Origin: an uncultured Bacillales bacterium
GTDB lineage: Bacteria; Bacillota_I; Bacilli_A; RF39; UBA660
Reading direction: 5' to 3'
DNA length: 60,645 nt
Assembly (NCBI GenBank): GCA_946614095.1
Contig: CAMOGG010000002.1
Coordinates: 1-60,645 of the forward strand
The notes beneath the pieces are model-generated. The model was given only the letters and a program-made list of their open reading frames with translations. It was not told the DNA's origin and made no database searches. Of this stretch, positions 1 to 10,600 are shown piece by piece. The translations under genes and the position numbers were made by a program. The first letter of the stretch is position 1; every line of letters begins with the position of its first letter.

Positions 1-16
1 GTTAGTATTAAAGTGT

Positions 17-40
17 AAAGAAAGAATTCTTTCTTTTTTT
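17..40 (+). terminator. Intrinsic-terminator-like palindrome, probably ending an off-window upstream gene
   Basis: Perfect palindrome aaagaaagaa/ttctttcttt (17-36) followed by a T-run. The stem is almost all A/T, so support is only moderate. Confidence 0.35.
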
Positions 41-74
41 CTTTTATTGATATATAATATGTGGGAGGTGTAAC

Positions 75-923
75 ATGAAACTATTAGTGGAAGTCAATCA
101 TAAGGAACATTTACCTATTCAAAATGTAGATGGAATTATTTTACCTTTAGAGGGATATGCAGTTGAGTCTATTACTTATTTTTCTATGGAAGAGATTCAG
201 AATATTATTCAGAATTCTTCTTCGGAAGTATTTGTTAAGATGAATCGTAATTTTTTTAATGATGATATCAAAAAGCTTACTACTATTTTAAAAGATTTAG
301 ATCAGATGAATATTGCAGGAATTCTTTTTTATGACTTGGCTCTTTTAGAATTAAAACAAGAATTAAAGTTATCAGTGGATTTGGTTTGGAATCAGACTCA
401 TATGGTTCATAATTATAGAACTTGTGATTATTATTATTCTCGAGGAGTAAAGTATGCAGTTTTAGGGAAAGAACTTACATTAGAAGAGATTAAAGAAATT
501 TTAAAGAAGAGTAAAATTACTAGCATGGTAGAGGTTGTTAGTAGACCAAGTATTGCTTTTTCTAGAAGAAAATTACTTACAAATTATGGAAAAGATTTGG
601 GAGTAGATGTTTCTTCTTCCATGGATATAGAAGAAAAGGTTAGTAAAGAAAAGATTCATGTTATTGAAGGTTCAGATGGTACGAGCTTTTTCTTAGATAC
701 CATTATGAATGGTACTAGTATAATTCATGATTTATATGTGGAAGATTGCCCCTATATTATTATAAAAGAATATGGAATAGAAGATTGTTTTATGGAACTT
801 GTTACAGATACTATGGATTATATTCATGGTGGCTGTTGTGATAATCAATATATAGAGAAATATCGGAAATTGGGGGATTATACGAATTTCTTTTTCAAAA
901 AAACAATTTATAAGGTGAAATAA
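75..923 (+). CDS. Peptidase U32-family protein, YrrN/TrhP1-like partner
   Basis: GGGAGGTG RBS at 63-70. U32-like N-terminal barrel pattern, but the Cys-rich U32 signature is absent. A 1-nt gap separates it from the next U32 gene. The pairing and the proximity to greA match B. subtilis yrrN-yrrO. Confidence 0.7.
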   Translation: MKLLVEVNHKEHLPIQNVDGIILPLEGYAVESITYFSMEEIQNIIQNSSSEVFVKMNRNFFNDDIKKLTTILKDLDQMNIAGILFYDLALLELKQELKLSVDLVWNQTHMVHNYRTCDYYYSRGVKYAVLGKELTLEEIKEILKKSKITSMVEVVSRPSIAFSRRKLLTNYGKDLGVDVSSSMDIEEKVSKEKIHVIEGSDGTSFFLDTIMNGTSIIHDLYVEDCPYIIIKEYGIEDCFMELVTDTMDYIHGGCCDNQYIEKYRKLGDYTNFFFKKTIYKVK

Positions 924-924
924 A

Positions 925-2112
925 ATGAAAAAAATAGAATTATTATCTCCCGCTGGAGATTTGGAACGTTTAAAAGTAACTCTTTTATATGGGGCAGATG
1001 CTGTATATATTGGAGGAGAAAAATATAATTTAAGAGCGAATGCTCATAATTTTACATTTGATGAGATTCGTGAGGGATGTTGTTTTGCACATAAATTAGG
1101 GAAAAAGGTTCATTTAACTTTGAATATTGTTTTTCATAATGAAGATATGGATGGAGTAGAAGAATATATTCATAAGGTAGTTGAATGTGGAATTGATGCT
1201 TTTATTGTTAGTGATCCTTTCTTAATATCTTATATAAAAACCAATTTTCCTCATGTAGAAGTTCATTTATCTACACAGAATTCTACGAGTAATTATAAAG
1301 CAATAGAGTTTTTTGAAAAAGAAGGAATTGATCGAGTTGTTTTAGCTAGAGAATTATCAAAAAATGAGATTGAAGATATTATTAAACGTGTTTCCTGTGA
1401 TATAGAAGTATTTATTCATGGAGCTATGTGTACGTGTTTTTCTGGGCGTTGTGCATTATCCAATTATATTACGAATCGTGATGCGAATCGTGGGGGATGT
1501 GCTCAAGTTTGTCGCTTTTCATTCTCTTGCCCACATGAGAAAGATTTTACGATGGCTTTAAAAGATATGAATATGGCTGAATATATTGGTGATTTAATTG
1601 AGATTGGTGTTAGAAGTCTAAAAGTAGAAGGAAGAATGAGATCTTTATATTATTTAGCAACAGTGATTGGTACTTATCGTGAGATTATTGATTTATATTA
1701 TGAAAATCTTCTTACTTCAAAGAGAATGGAAGTATTACAAGAGAGACTTGATCGAGTTGCAAATCGAGAGACTTCTACCCATTATTTTATGAAGGAAGCT
1801 GATGATACTGATCAATATTATACAGGGAGAGTAGAAGTATCTAATCAAGATTATTTGGGACAAGTTATTGATTATCATGATCAATTAATTCAGTTTTATG
1901 AAAGAAATTATTTTGAAGTAGGAGATTTGATTGAAGTCTTTACTCCTGATGGAGAACATATTTCTTTTGTAGTAGAAGAATTGTTTAATGATAAAATGGA
2001 ATCTGTTTCTGTAGCGAGACATCCTGATTCTATTTATTATGTGAAATTAGAGGGTAATTATGAAATACCAGAGTACTCCATGATGAAAATTGTTTCTAGA
2101 AGGGAGAAATAA
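925..2112 (+). CDS. Peptidase U32-family protein (YrrO/TrhP2-like, tRNA/rRNA hydroxylation family)
   Basis: Contains the U32 signature EVFIHGAMCTCFSGRCALSNY and the downstream GGCAQVCR. N-terminus is MKKIELLSPAGD. Confidence 0.9.
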   Translation: MKKIELLSPAGDLERLKVTLLYGADAVYIGGEKYNLRANAHNFTFDEIREGCCFAHKLGKKVHLTLNIVFHNEDMDGVEEYIHKVVECGIDAFIVSDPFLISYIKTNFPHVEVHLSTQNSTSNYKAIEFFEKEGIDRVVLARELSKNEIEDIIKRVSCDIEVFIHGAMCTCFSGRCALSNYITNRDANRGGCAQVCRFSFSCPHEKDFTMALKDMNMAEYIGDLIEIGVRSLKVEGRMRSLYYLATVIGTYREIIDLYYENLLTSKRMEVLQERLDRVANRETSTHYFMKEADDTDQYYTGRVEVSNQDYLGQVIDYHDQLIQFYERNYFEVGDLIEVFTPDGEHISFVVEELFNDKMESVSVARHPDSIYYVKLEGNYEIPEYSMMKIVSRREK

Positions 2113-2113
2113 T

Positions 2114-3232
2114 ATGGATGTAATGAAAGTTGCAAGAGAACATTTTTTAAATAATGAAAAGAACTTATCTAAATATGCATGTAGAGATTGTGATGCAATT
2201 CGCTTTCAAGAGGAAGAATTTGATATTCGACCTAATTATTTTCATGATATTGACAGGATTATTCATTCTTTGTCTTATACTAGATATTTAGATAAAACAC
2301 AAGTTTTTAGTAGAAGTGATAATGATCATATTAGTAAGCGAATTACTCATGTACAATTAGTTAGTAAGATTGCTCGTACGATTGGAAGAGCACTTTCTTT
2401 AAATGAAGATTTAATAGAAGCAATTGCTTTAGGTCATGATATTGGTCATACTCCATTAGGGCATGTTGGAGAGTCTATTTTAAACGAAATATCTTTACGA
2501 GAATTAGGGGAATATTTTGCTCATAATATTCAGAGTGTTCGACATTTGATGATAGTAGAAAATCATGGCAAGGGATTTAATCTTTGTATGCAGGTATATG
2601 ATGGTATTATGTGTCATAATGGAGAGATGTTATCTTCTAAATATACTCCTGTTGTAAAGGATGAAGAAGAATTTTTTAGAGAATTTGCAGAGTCTTATCA
2701 TGATATTAAAAAGTCTAATCGTAATCATCCTATGACTTTAGAAGGATGTGTGGTTCGTATTAGTGATATCATAGGATATATTGGTAGAGATATAGAAGAT
2801 GCTATTATGATTGGAAAAATCAAACGAGAAGATTTACCAAAAGAAATTGTAGAAGTCTTAGGGAATACCAATCGGGATATTGTAAATACTATTATTTTAG
2901 ATATTATTGAACATAGTATGAATAAGTCCTATATAAAAATGAGTGATGATGTATATCATGCTTTATTTGCTTTAAAGAAGTTTAATTATGAAAATATTTA
3001 TCAATATAGTGTCACTTCTTCTGAATTAGAATATTATAAAAAGGGAATGAATAAAATATTTGATAGATATTTAAAAGATATTCAAAATAAAAATAAAGAT
3101 AGTATTATCTATCGTATCTTTTTAGATAATCAGTGTGAAAAATATTTACATAATACAAGTGATAAACGAATGGTTATTGATTTTATTGCTGGTATGACGG
3201 ATGAATTATTTTATAAAGAAATAGAGCAATAA
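2114..3232 (+). CDS. HD-domain dGTPase-like triphosphohydrolase
   Basis: HD motif region ALGHDIGHTPLGH, and FIAGMTDE near the C-terminus. Start moved to ATG 2114, after the AGGGAG RBS; the track start at 2090 overlaps the upstream gene. Confidence 0.8.
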   Translation: MDVMKVAREHFLNNEKNLSKYACRDCDAIRFQEEEFDIRPNYFHDIDRIIHSLSYTRYLDKTQVFSRSDNDHISKRITHVQLVSKIARTIGRALSLNEDLIEAIALGHDIGHTPLGHVGESILNEISLRELGEYFAHNIQSVRHLMIVENHGKGFNLCMQVYDGIMCHNGEMLSSKYTPVVKDEEEFFREFAESYHDIKKSNRNHPMTLEGCVVRISDIIGYIGRDIEDAIMIGKIKREDLPKEIVEVLGNTNRDIVNTIILDIIEHSMNKSYIKMSDDVYHALFALKKFNYENIYQYSVTSSELEYYKKGMNKIFDRYLKDIQNKNKDSIIYRIFLDNQCEKYLHNTSDKRMVIDFIAGMTDELFYKEIEQ

Positions 3233-3261
3233 TTGATTTTTTTATCATATTGTGTTATAAT
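3233..3261 (+). promoter_or_regulatory. SigA-type promoter for 3296 gene
   Basis: TTGATT (3233-3238), 17-nt spacer, then TGtTATAAT (extended -10; TATAAT at 3256-3261). Confidence 0.55.
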
Positions 3262-3295
3262 ATGTCCACTTTTTTAGAAAGGAATTTTTATTATT

Positions 3296-3922
3296 ATGAA
3301 AGATTATTCTTTAAGTAAAGAAGCAGAAAAAGATTATATTGTACATGTTTATCAACATGATAATAATACCTATACTGTTGTGTTTGCGGATGGTAGAGTA
3401 TTTGAAAATGTTGATGTTTGTGATGAAAATTTTGACAAGCTAACTTCTATCTTGGAAGAACAAGCAAAACATGGTGTTCAAAATATTGATACTTTTCGAC
3501 GTAGAGCAACTAAGTCTGGAGTTATGACAGCATGTGTTGGAGCACTTCTGACAGCGGCTAGTGTTGGAATATCTTCTATGCCTACGTTGCAAGGACAAGA
3601 TCCTATTTTTGTAGCGAGTACTTTAGGAATGATTACAATTCTAGGAACGATTCCTGCTTTTGCAAAGTTAAAGATGGATTGTGATAAGGTTCATGAATTA
3701 GAGAAGTTACAGTTTAGAAATCGTCATCTTGATGTATTGTCTAGTTATAAAGATTATCCTAACTCTTTAGCAGGTTTAAGTCGTGATCAAAAGTCCATGA
3801 TGGGTTATTATGAAAATCCATTTCATATCATGAATATGGACTCCTTTACGGAAGAAGATCTTAGAACTATTGTAACAAATATTCGTCAAGAAAAGGCATT
3901 ACAGTTTGTTTATCGTAAGTAG
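3296..3922 (+). CDS. Hypothetical membrane protein (two central hydrophobic helices)
   Basis: 208-aa ORF with an AGGAA-type RBS. Hydrophobic segments are GVMTACVGALLTAASVGI and VASTLGMITILGTIPAF. No family recognised. Confidence 0.55.
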   Translation: MKDYSLSKEAEKDYIVHVYQHDNNTYTVVFADGRVFENVDVCDENFDKLTSILEEQAKHGVQNIDTFRRRATKSGVMTACVGALLTAASVGISSMPTLQGQDPIFVASTLGMITILGTIPAFAKLKMDCDKVHELEKLQFRNRHLDVLSSYKDYPNSLAGLSRDQKSMMGYYENPFHIMNMDSFTEEDLRTIVTNIRQEKALQFVYRK

Positions 3923-3943
3923 TTATTATTCTAAAAAAGGAAC

Positions 3944-3972
3944 TTGAAAAAGGAAAAATAATATGCTATACT
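3944..3972 (+). promoter_or_regulatory. SigA-type promoter for greA
   Basis: TTGAAA (3944-3949), 17-nt spacer, then TGcTATACT (3964-3972). Confidence 0.6.
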
Positions 3973-4035
3973 ATGGCAAGTTGGGTCTATAAACTCAGAG
4001 TATGAAAAAATGTAAAAAATTATGAGGTGATGAAA

Positions 4036-4506
4036 ATGGCAAATAAAAATACAGTTTATCTAACTCAAGAAGGATTAGATGATTTAAAGAAGGAGTTAGA
4101 GGATTTAATTAACGTGAGAAGGCCTGAAAATATACAAGCTATTAAAGAAGCTAGAAGTTTAGGAGATTTATCTGAAAATGCAGAATATGATGCAGCAAGA
4201 AATGAGCAAGCTCAAATAGAAGGAAGAATTAAACAACTTGAAAAAATGTTAGAGAATGTTTCTATTATTACTGAGGTTACTACAGATAAAGTAGGTATCG
4301 GTAATACTGTTTCTATTAAATATGTTGATGATGATGAAGAAGATGAGTATAAGATTGTTGGTAGTCAGGAAGCTGACCCATTTGAAAGTAAAATTTCTAA
4401 TGAAAGTCCGATTGCTCAAGCATTATTTGATCATAAAGTAGGAGATATTGTTACTGTTGATAGTCCTAATGGAAATTATGAAGTAGAAATTATTGAAATA
4501 AAGTAA
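4036..4506 (+). CDS. greA: Transcription elongation factor GreA
   Basis: Typical GreA sequence: LTQEGLDDLKKELEDL, GDLSENAEYDAARNEQAQIEGRI, and a C-terminal ISNESPIAQAL..G. GAGG RBS at 4024-4027; the ATG at 4036 is preferred over the GTG at 4027. Confidence 0.93.
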   Translation: MANKNTVYLTQEGLDDLKKELEDLINVRRPENIQAIKEARSLGDLSENAEYDAARNEQAQIEGRIKQLEKMLENVSIITEVTTDKVGIGNTVSIKYVDDDEEDEYKIVGSQEADPFESKISNESPIAQALFDHKVGDIVTVDSPNGNYEVEIIEIK

Positions 4507-4530
4507 GATAATTCGACAAATTATTCTTTG

Positions 4531-4567
4531 AAAAAAACTTATTCTAGAAATAGAATAAGTTTTTTTT
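4531..4567 (+). terminator. Rho-independent terminator after greA
   Basis: 10-bp stem acttattcta/tagaataagt with a GAAA loop, an A-run upstream and a T8 run downstream. Confidence 0.8.
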
Positions 4568-4576
4568 GGAGGAAAT

Positions 4577-5014
4577 ATGAAAAAAGGGATTATTTTAATA
4601 ATATGTTGTGTTTTATTGACAGGGTGTGTACCAAAAACTAAGGCTCAATTTGATGATATTATAGAAGAGGCAGATCCTATTCGAAAGGAAGATAAAATTG
4701 TTGGAATGAATTATAAGATTACCATTCCTAAAAATTATTCTTTTTATCGAGTACTTTCTACTCATATTGTTGATTCTATTGCTCATTATAAAGATTTGAA
4801 TGATATTCAATCGTTTGTTGTATCGGTTACTTTGAAAAATGAAACAGAGAAAGATATTCGTTTAAAAGAAGTATTGGTTAAAAATGATGATATAGTGACG
4901 AATCGCTTTTCTAATGATATTATTTTTTATAAAGGTGGAGTTAATTCATTTTCTATTGTTATTGGTCAACCATTATCTTTTCAATCATTTATTGAATTTG
5001 TTTTTGATAAATGA
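4577..5014 (+). CDS. Lipoprotein, function unknown
   Basis: Signal peptide with lipobox: MKKGIILIICCVLLTG|C. GGAGG RBS precedes the start. Confidence 0.7.
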   Translation: MKKGIILIICCVLLTGCVPKTKAQFDDIIEEADPIRKEDKIVGMNYKITIPKNYSFYRVLSTHIVDSIAHYKDLNDIQSFVVSVTLKNETEKDIRLKEVLVKNDDIVTNRFSNDIIFYKGGVNSFSIVIGQPLSFQSFIEFVFDK

Positions 5015-5095
5015 TTTTTTATTTTTTCCTTTTTTTTTTTGAAATATTAGGTTATACTTAAGTAGAGAATAAGGTTTACTTTAGGAGGATGAGTT

Positions 5096-6865
5096 ATGAA
5101 AAAGAGAATTAAAGTTATTTTGACTTTAGTGATTTTGGGTTGTATGGTTTGGTTTTTAATTGTTTCTCCATTGATACAGTTTCATCGTAATGAGAAGAGT
5201 GTTGAAAAAGCAGGGAAAAGATATTTTGACTTGAATCAAAATGAGCTTCCAACTGGAGAGAGGGTTAAAACGTTGAGTTTAAAAAAACTTTATTTTGAAA
5301 AACTTTTGGAAAATGATATTTTTGCTCCTTATACTCGAAAAACTTGTTCTTTAGAAAAAAGTTGGGTTAAAGTCAAAAGAGAAGAAAATGATTATCAATA
5401 TTATGTATATTTGGATTGTGGTATCTTAAAATCTTCTGTTGATGCGAAGGGACCTGTTATTCGGTTAAAAGGTAAGGAGAAAATAACTCTAGGGGTTGGT
5501 GATCAATATGAAGATCCTGGTATTTCTAGTGTGGTTGATGATGTGGATGGAAAACTAAATACTTCCGATGTAAATATTAAAGGAAAAGTAGATACATCAA
5601 AAGTTGGGGTTTATGAAATTACTTATTCTGCTTATGATAAACTTAGTAATGCTGGAGTAGCTACTCGTACTGTTTCTGTTGTTAAAAAGGCTTATAATAC
5701 TTTTAAAAAGGATTTAGGCAAAGAAACAAATTATAAAGGTATGCCTACGAATAATTATGTAAGACTTTCTAATATGGTTTTTGCGGTTTATGGTATTGAT
5801 GAAAACAAGAATATAGTTTTAGTGGCAGATAAAGATGTTGCGAATGTCAGCTATAATAAGATTAATGATTGGTTGAAATATTACTATCAGCATTTTACTA
5901 AGAAATCAAAATCTATGATTGTTCCAAGTAAGTATTGTAATATGAAAGTTGATGAGAGTAACCTTAATACAACAGAGTGTACTTCTTATACCAAAGAGAG
6001 AAATGTTTATATTCCTTCTATTGTTGAAGTAAATAAAGCAGCGGGTGATTATGATAGCTTCATGAAACCAGTTACTATGTCTTGGCTTTCTACGAGTCAA
6101 GATTCCAAAAAAGCATATTTAACCCGTAATGTTTTTTATGGAAGTGATTATGAAAAAAGTTTTGTGGCTTATGATATAACAGAAAACTATGGTGTTCGAC
6201 CAATGCTTACTATAAAAGGTAGTACTTTAATTACTGGTGGTGATGGTAGTTATGCAAATCCATATACTTTTGGAGATTCTGAGCCTGCTAAAGGATCATC
6301 CTTATTGAATACAAGAGATACAGGAGAATATATTTCAGATGGTTCTTTCTTATGGAGAATTGTTGATGTTATGAAAGATGGTACTACGAAAGCTATTAGT
6401 GAAGAAGTTATTACTCTTGCAGAGGCAAAACAAGATTCTCTTTCTGAAAGAATTACCTATAATCCAAAAGATAAGACTAGTGTTGGTTATTATATTAATA
6501 ATAAAGTTAGTGAGTTTGTTGATACTTCTAAACTTGTTAATCATCAAATAGAAGTTCCAATTTATCAAAATAAGATTATTTATGGTGAAGAGTCTACAAC
6601 AAAAAAATATAACGTTGTTTTGTCAGCACCAAATATGTTTGAAATGTTTAGCGCAGCACCTTCTTCTACAAGTAGTTCTTATTGGTTTTTAAATACTTCT
6701 TTAGAAAATGGAGTGGGGGCGGCTTTAACTGAAATAGGTGTTCCTTATAATGATAAGATAGGTCCTTATACTACTTTATCGGTGCGTGTTGTTGGGTATT
6801 TTAAAGATAGTACAATTATTAGTACTGGAAAAGGTACTGAGAATTCTCCTTATGTTGTTAAGTAG
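5096..6865 (+). CDS. Type-A surface protein 1: TM anchor, pilin-head-like domain, DUF5011-type Ig domain, two beta-rich LWRI/GVRP-type domains
   Basis: AGGAGG RBS at 5083-5088. N-terminal TM helix. Head segment ending YYVYLDCG. GPVIRLKG...YEDPG...GVYEITYSAYD matches the DUF5011 pattern. Domain ends are GGDGSYANPYTFG and GKGTENSPYVVK. Confidence 0.75.
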   Translation: MKKRIKVILTLVILGCMVWFLIVSPLIQFHRNEKSVEKAGKRYFDLNQNELPTGERVKTLSLKKLYFEKLLENDIFAPYTRKTCSLEKSWVKVKREENDYQYYVYLDCGILKSSVDAKGPVIRLKGKEKITLGVGDQYEDPGISSVVDDVDGKLNTSDVNIKGKVDTSKVGVYEITYSAYDKLSNAGVATRTVSVVKKAYNTFKKDLGKETNYKGMPTNNYVRLSNMVFAVYGIDENKNIVLVADKDVANVSYNKINDWLKYYYQHFTKKSKSMIVPSKYCNMKVDESNLNTTECTSYTKERNVYIPSIVEVNKAAGDYDSFMKPVTMSWLSTSQDSKKAYLTRNVFYGSDYEKSFVAYDITENYGVRPMLTIKGSTLITGGDGSYANPYTFGDSEPAKGSSLLNTRDTGEYISDGSFLWRIVDVMKDGTTKAISEEVITLAEAKQDSLSERITYNPKDKTSVGYYINNKVSEFVDTSKLVNHQIEVPIYQNKIIYGEESTTKKYNVVLSAPNMFEMFSAAPSSTSSSYWFLNTSLENGVGAALTEIGVPYNDKIGPYTTLSVRVVGYFKDSTIISTGKGTENSPYVVK

Positions 6866-6873
6866 GTGTTGGT

Positions 6874-7671
6874 ATGCTTGTGAATAAAAAACATAAAGAA
6901 TTATTCGGTATTATTCTACTTCTTTTTATTGCTATTATTGCTGTTCTTTATGAAATATGTCGTCCATATTATAATAGTGTTAATCGTGTTTCTAATATTT
7001 TAGAAGAAAAGAAAAAAGATACGAAAGATTATCATACGATTGGGTGGCTTAAAGTGCAGGGAACAACTTTAGATTTACCGATTTTGACTATTAATCATAA
7101 AGATCCGCCTGTTAATAGAGAACATTTTTCTTGGGTATTAAATGAAGATGATCAATATCATAATGTTATGAATATACTAGGTCATAATATATTTAATTTA
7201 TCATCTTCTCCTAAATTACATTTGGAGCATTATCAAAGATTTGAAGATTTGTTATCTTTTGTTTATTATGATTTTGCAAAGGAGAATAAATATATTCAAT
7301 TAACTATTGATAATAAAAATTATATTTATAAAATATTTTCTGTTGGTTTTATTCCATCTTATGAAGTATCTCTTTTTCCAACTGGCGAATATTCTAGGGA
7401 GCAATTATCTAAACAAATTTCATGGTTGAAGGATATTTCCGTTTATGACTATGATTTGGATGTTCAGAATGATGATCATATTATTTCACTGGTTACTTGT
7501 ACAAGGCTATTTGGTTATAATGATATGTCGAAAGACTTTATTGTTAGTGGTAGATTGGTTCATTCTGGTGAACTTATTTCAGATTATAAAGTTACTAAAA
7601 ATAATCAATATAAAGAAATAAATAAAATATTGAAAGGTGATGGTGAGAATGAAGATGCTTCTTCAACATAA
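6874..7671 (+). CDS. Class-B-sortase-like transpeptidase 1
   Basis: N-terminal TM helix. IGWLKVQGTTLDLPIL, ILGHN (His), ISLVTCT (Cys) and SGRLV (Arg) are collinear with the S. aureus SrtB motifs. Confidence 0.75.
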   Translation: MLVNKKHKELFGIILLLFIAIIAVLYEICRPYYNSVNRVSNILEEKKKDTKDYHTIGWLKVQGTTLDLPILTINHKDPPVNREHFSWVLNEDDQYHNVMNILGHNIFNLSSSPKLHLEHYQRFEDLLSFVYYDFAKENKYIQLTIDNKNYIYKIFSVGFIPSYEVSLFPTGEYSREQLSKQISWLKDISVYDYDLDVQNDDHIISLVTCTRLFGYNDMSKDFIVSGRLVHSGELISDYKVTKNNQYKEINKILKGDGENEDASST

Positions 7672-10600
7672 AATAAAGATTTTGTTGATTGTACTTTTTG
7701 TTTTTTCAGTTTTCTTTGTTGCATCTCTTTCTTTTGACGGTAATTCTATTACTAAGAAGAAGAGTGAAAAATTAGAAGGAGAAACTGTAACAACAAGTAA
7801 AAAGGTAAAATGTGAAAATTATACTGTTCAAGAAGCAGAAGATAAGAAGAAAAGTGGTTTTGATTTTTTTGGTCGTTATGGTACGGAAGGTGAATTTTCT
7901 AAAAATGGTGATTTTACCATTTCAATTTCCCCAAGTACTTCAAAATCAAACAATCCAGTTGGTTCTGATTTTGAATTGTATGTTGAAAAAATTTCCATTG
8001 TTAGTTTGTTAGAACAAAATGATGATTTAGTAGACTCAATGGAGAAGTATACTGTATATAATTCTAAAGATTATGGACCAGATGATTATCGATTGTCTAA
8101 AAAGAAAAGTATCACGATTAGTAGATCTGAAGTAGAATCACTTGCATCTTCAGTAACAAGTGCTGATGCTGATACTGTTTTAATTACTTTGAAAGCAGTT
8201 AAGGCTAATTCTGATCCAATGTGTGAAGGAACTGTTTTTTATAATGTAGAGGTTGGTCTTGATTCTTTTTCTAGTGCTGTTTCTGAACCGATTGAAGGGG
8301 TTGAAACAGTAGGAGATTATTATATTGCTCCTGTTTCTATTGATTGTAATAATCCGAAAGATGACTTTGAACAAAGTTATTGTGTAGGAGAGAAAGGTTA
8401 CTTTAATCCTGGAACAAAAAAAACTGTAACAGTTAAAGATAAGAGTAGCGATTTAAAAAGAAATGGTGGTACTTTTAAGAATATTCGTTATGCTTTAAAA
8501 TGTGATGCTCATTCGATTGTACCAAGTAATAGTTCTATTGCGAAAGATAGTGCTAGTGAAAGTAAATACTATGTTAATGATGAAATATTAAAGGCTTCTC
8601 ATACAACTAGTGAGTCTTTTGGTAACTATACGTATCATTATGCACCAGGTTTGCCTACAGAAACGGTTCCAATTAAGGTTGATACCACCTGTACTGAAAC
8701 ATTGCATGTTCAGTATGGACCACCTGTATCTGTAAAAGCTGGAATTTGTTTTGAATATAATGTTAAAGTTACTAGTACAGTAGTTTGTAAAGCTTCTAAG
8801 GTACCTGCACCTAAGGCTGCCACTTATTGTAATCCTATTCCAAAATGTTATCATAAAACCGGTAATTGGACAGGAGCCAATGCTGGACCTAATGATTCTT
8901 TTGATATGTGTATTCAGCAATGTGATGGTGGAAAGTATTCTGACTATTGTAGTCAAAAATGTTATAGTTCTATTTATACTGTTGGAGAAAAGAGAACTTC
9001 TAGTATTCTTGATGATTATAGTGTTCAACAGATAAAATCTTATCGTAAAGATAAAAATGGTCGTCAAAGAATTACTACTAGCTCTAATGTTGATAAAGCT
9101 AATGCTTTAATTGATAGTATTAATAAATGTTTATCGTTGGAAGAGAAAAGTACTTTAAAAAATTCACATTATACAATGACTAATTATCCGAATGTTGGAA
9201 CTTCTGGTGGAATAAATTTCTATGGATGTTATTATTGGGATGAGTCTGCTAAAGAAATTAAGTGGGCTTCTGGTATTGAAGGTAATATTTTAGAAAATTC
9301 TCATGGTAAAGTTGGTAATGCAAGATATGCTCCTGGAAGATGGTATGGTGTTCATCGTAAAACTTCTAATTACGCTGGATATTCTTCAAATGATGGTTTC
9401 ATGCGTAAAGCTTTTTCATCTGGTTTATGTACTGCTTCCTGTAGATGGGATGGATGTTCTCAGACAGAATATTGGAATCCTGCTCAGGCTAAAGCAGATT
9501 ATGATGAGAATATGAAAGTCTTTAATGATGCAAAAACAGCGGCTGAGAAGGCAAGCACTTGTTCAGAGAAAACAACAGAATTTACTATGAAAGTTACGGA
9601 GTATGGTACTTATATGAAATCTGCTGATACGTTAACCTCAAAGCCTTCTGGACAAAATATTGACGAAAAAGAAAAATTATTAGGGAAAAGATATGTTAGA
9701 GATTATTCTAAGTGTTATCAAACCTCTGATATTAATAAAAATGAGATGTATCAAACGGTTTGGGGATTCCCTGGTGTTTGGCAAGATGCAAAGAGTATGA
9801 AAATTTCATTTGTACAAGTTCCTGATTCTGTTTTCATTTCTAATAAATTTTGTCTTCCGTTAGATGCTAAAACAGTTAATGAGAAATGGTGGACTTATTA
9901 CTATACTGCTCAATATGAGCATAGTACAACGAGTTTAACGTCTCAAACTTATCAAGATAAATGTATGAAAACTACAACGTGTACTAATTGGGTACATGAA
10001 AATGATATCGATTGGGATAAAGATATTACATATAATATTACAGGTTCTACTGATAATTTTGGTCATTTTGGATGGAACTTGGATGTTAGTTGTTTCTATG
10101 CATATTCTACGAATCCAACAACCGGTAAGGACTGTAAACCTTCTATTGAGTGTGATTCTTCTAGTGGATATACAGTGCGAAGTGTTGATTTATCCGATAT
10201 GTTTCCTAGTCCAGATGGTGAAACTCATTCTGCTGATACAACCGGAAGGGATACTGGATTTAACTGGACAAAGTATGCAACAAATGTTAAAAAAGATCCT
10301 AATTATGTTAGTGATCCTATTGCCTATTTGAAAGAAACTCAAAAAAATGAAATTTTATTGCGTAAACGAGGAAAATCTACTTATACGAATGAAGCAGAAT
10401 TGGATTATCGTATTTATTTATCTCGTGAGGATTTACGTAATATTAAAAAATATGTTACTAGTGATTCATTCTCTTATACGGATTATGGCTCTCGTGGTAA
10501 ATTTATTCCAAATGGAAGCGTTTTAAGCTATCAAAGTAACGTATTACGTTCTACTACTTCGAATGGACTTTCAGTATTTAATTCTGATAATATATTAGTA

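Noticed and set aside
5030-5040. T11 homopolymer upstream of the first locus gene as a slipped-strand phase-variation switch. I also considered A8 runs inside C1 (8416-8423) and A3 (about 36891-36898).
   Set aside because: Comparable A/T runs are ubiquitous in this AT-rich sequence, including terminator tails at 25653-25660 and 38021-38029. I could not define a promoter whose spacing the tract would alter. There is no evidence of length variation from a single sequence.
5225-5275. LPTGE(R) in A1 (and the equivalent in A2) as a possible LPXTG sorting signal.
   Set aside because: The spacing is wrong (L-P-T-G, not L-P-x-T-G). It lies near the N-terminus just after the anchor helix and is not followed by a TM helix and basic tail. 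It appears to be part of the conserved head fold.
8588-9067. 159-aa minus-strand ORF inside the C1 gene. Similar antisense ORFs lie at 8180-8374, 16232-16534, 16824-17099, 5906-6100 and 6350-6568.
   Set aside because: These lie antisense to long, well-supported genes. Their translations are I/N/R/F/T-rich low-complexity sequence, as expected from the reverse strand of AT-rich coding DNA. None has an RBS or a recognisable motif.
10112-10126. NPTTG in C1 as a SrtB-type NPxTG motif.
   Set aside because: It is internal (about 180 residues from the C-terminus), has no following hydrophobic segment, and is not conserved at the equivalent position of C2 (LNTGK). It is kept only as a testable candidate in the sortase finding.
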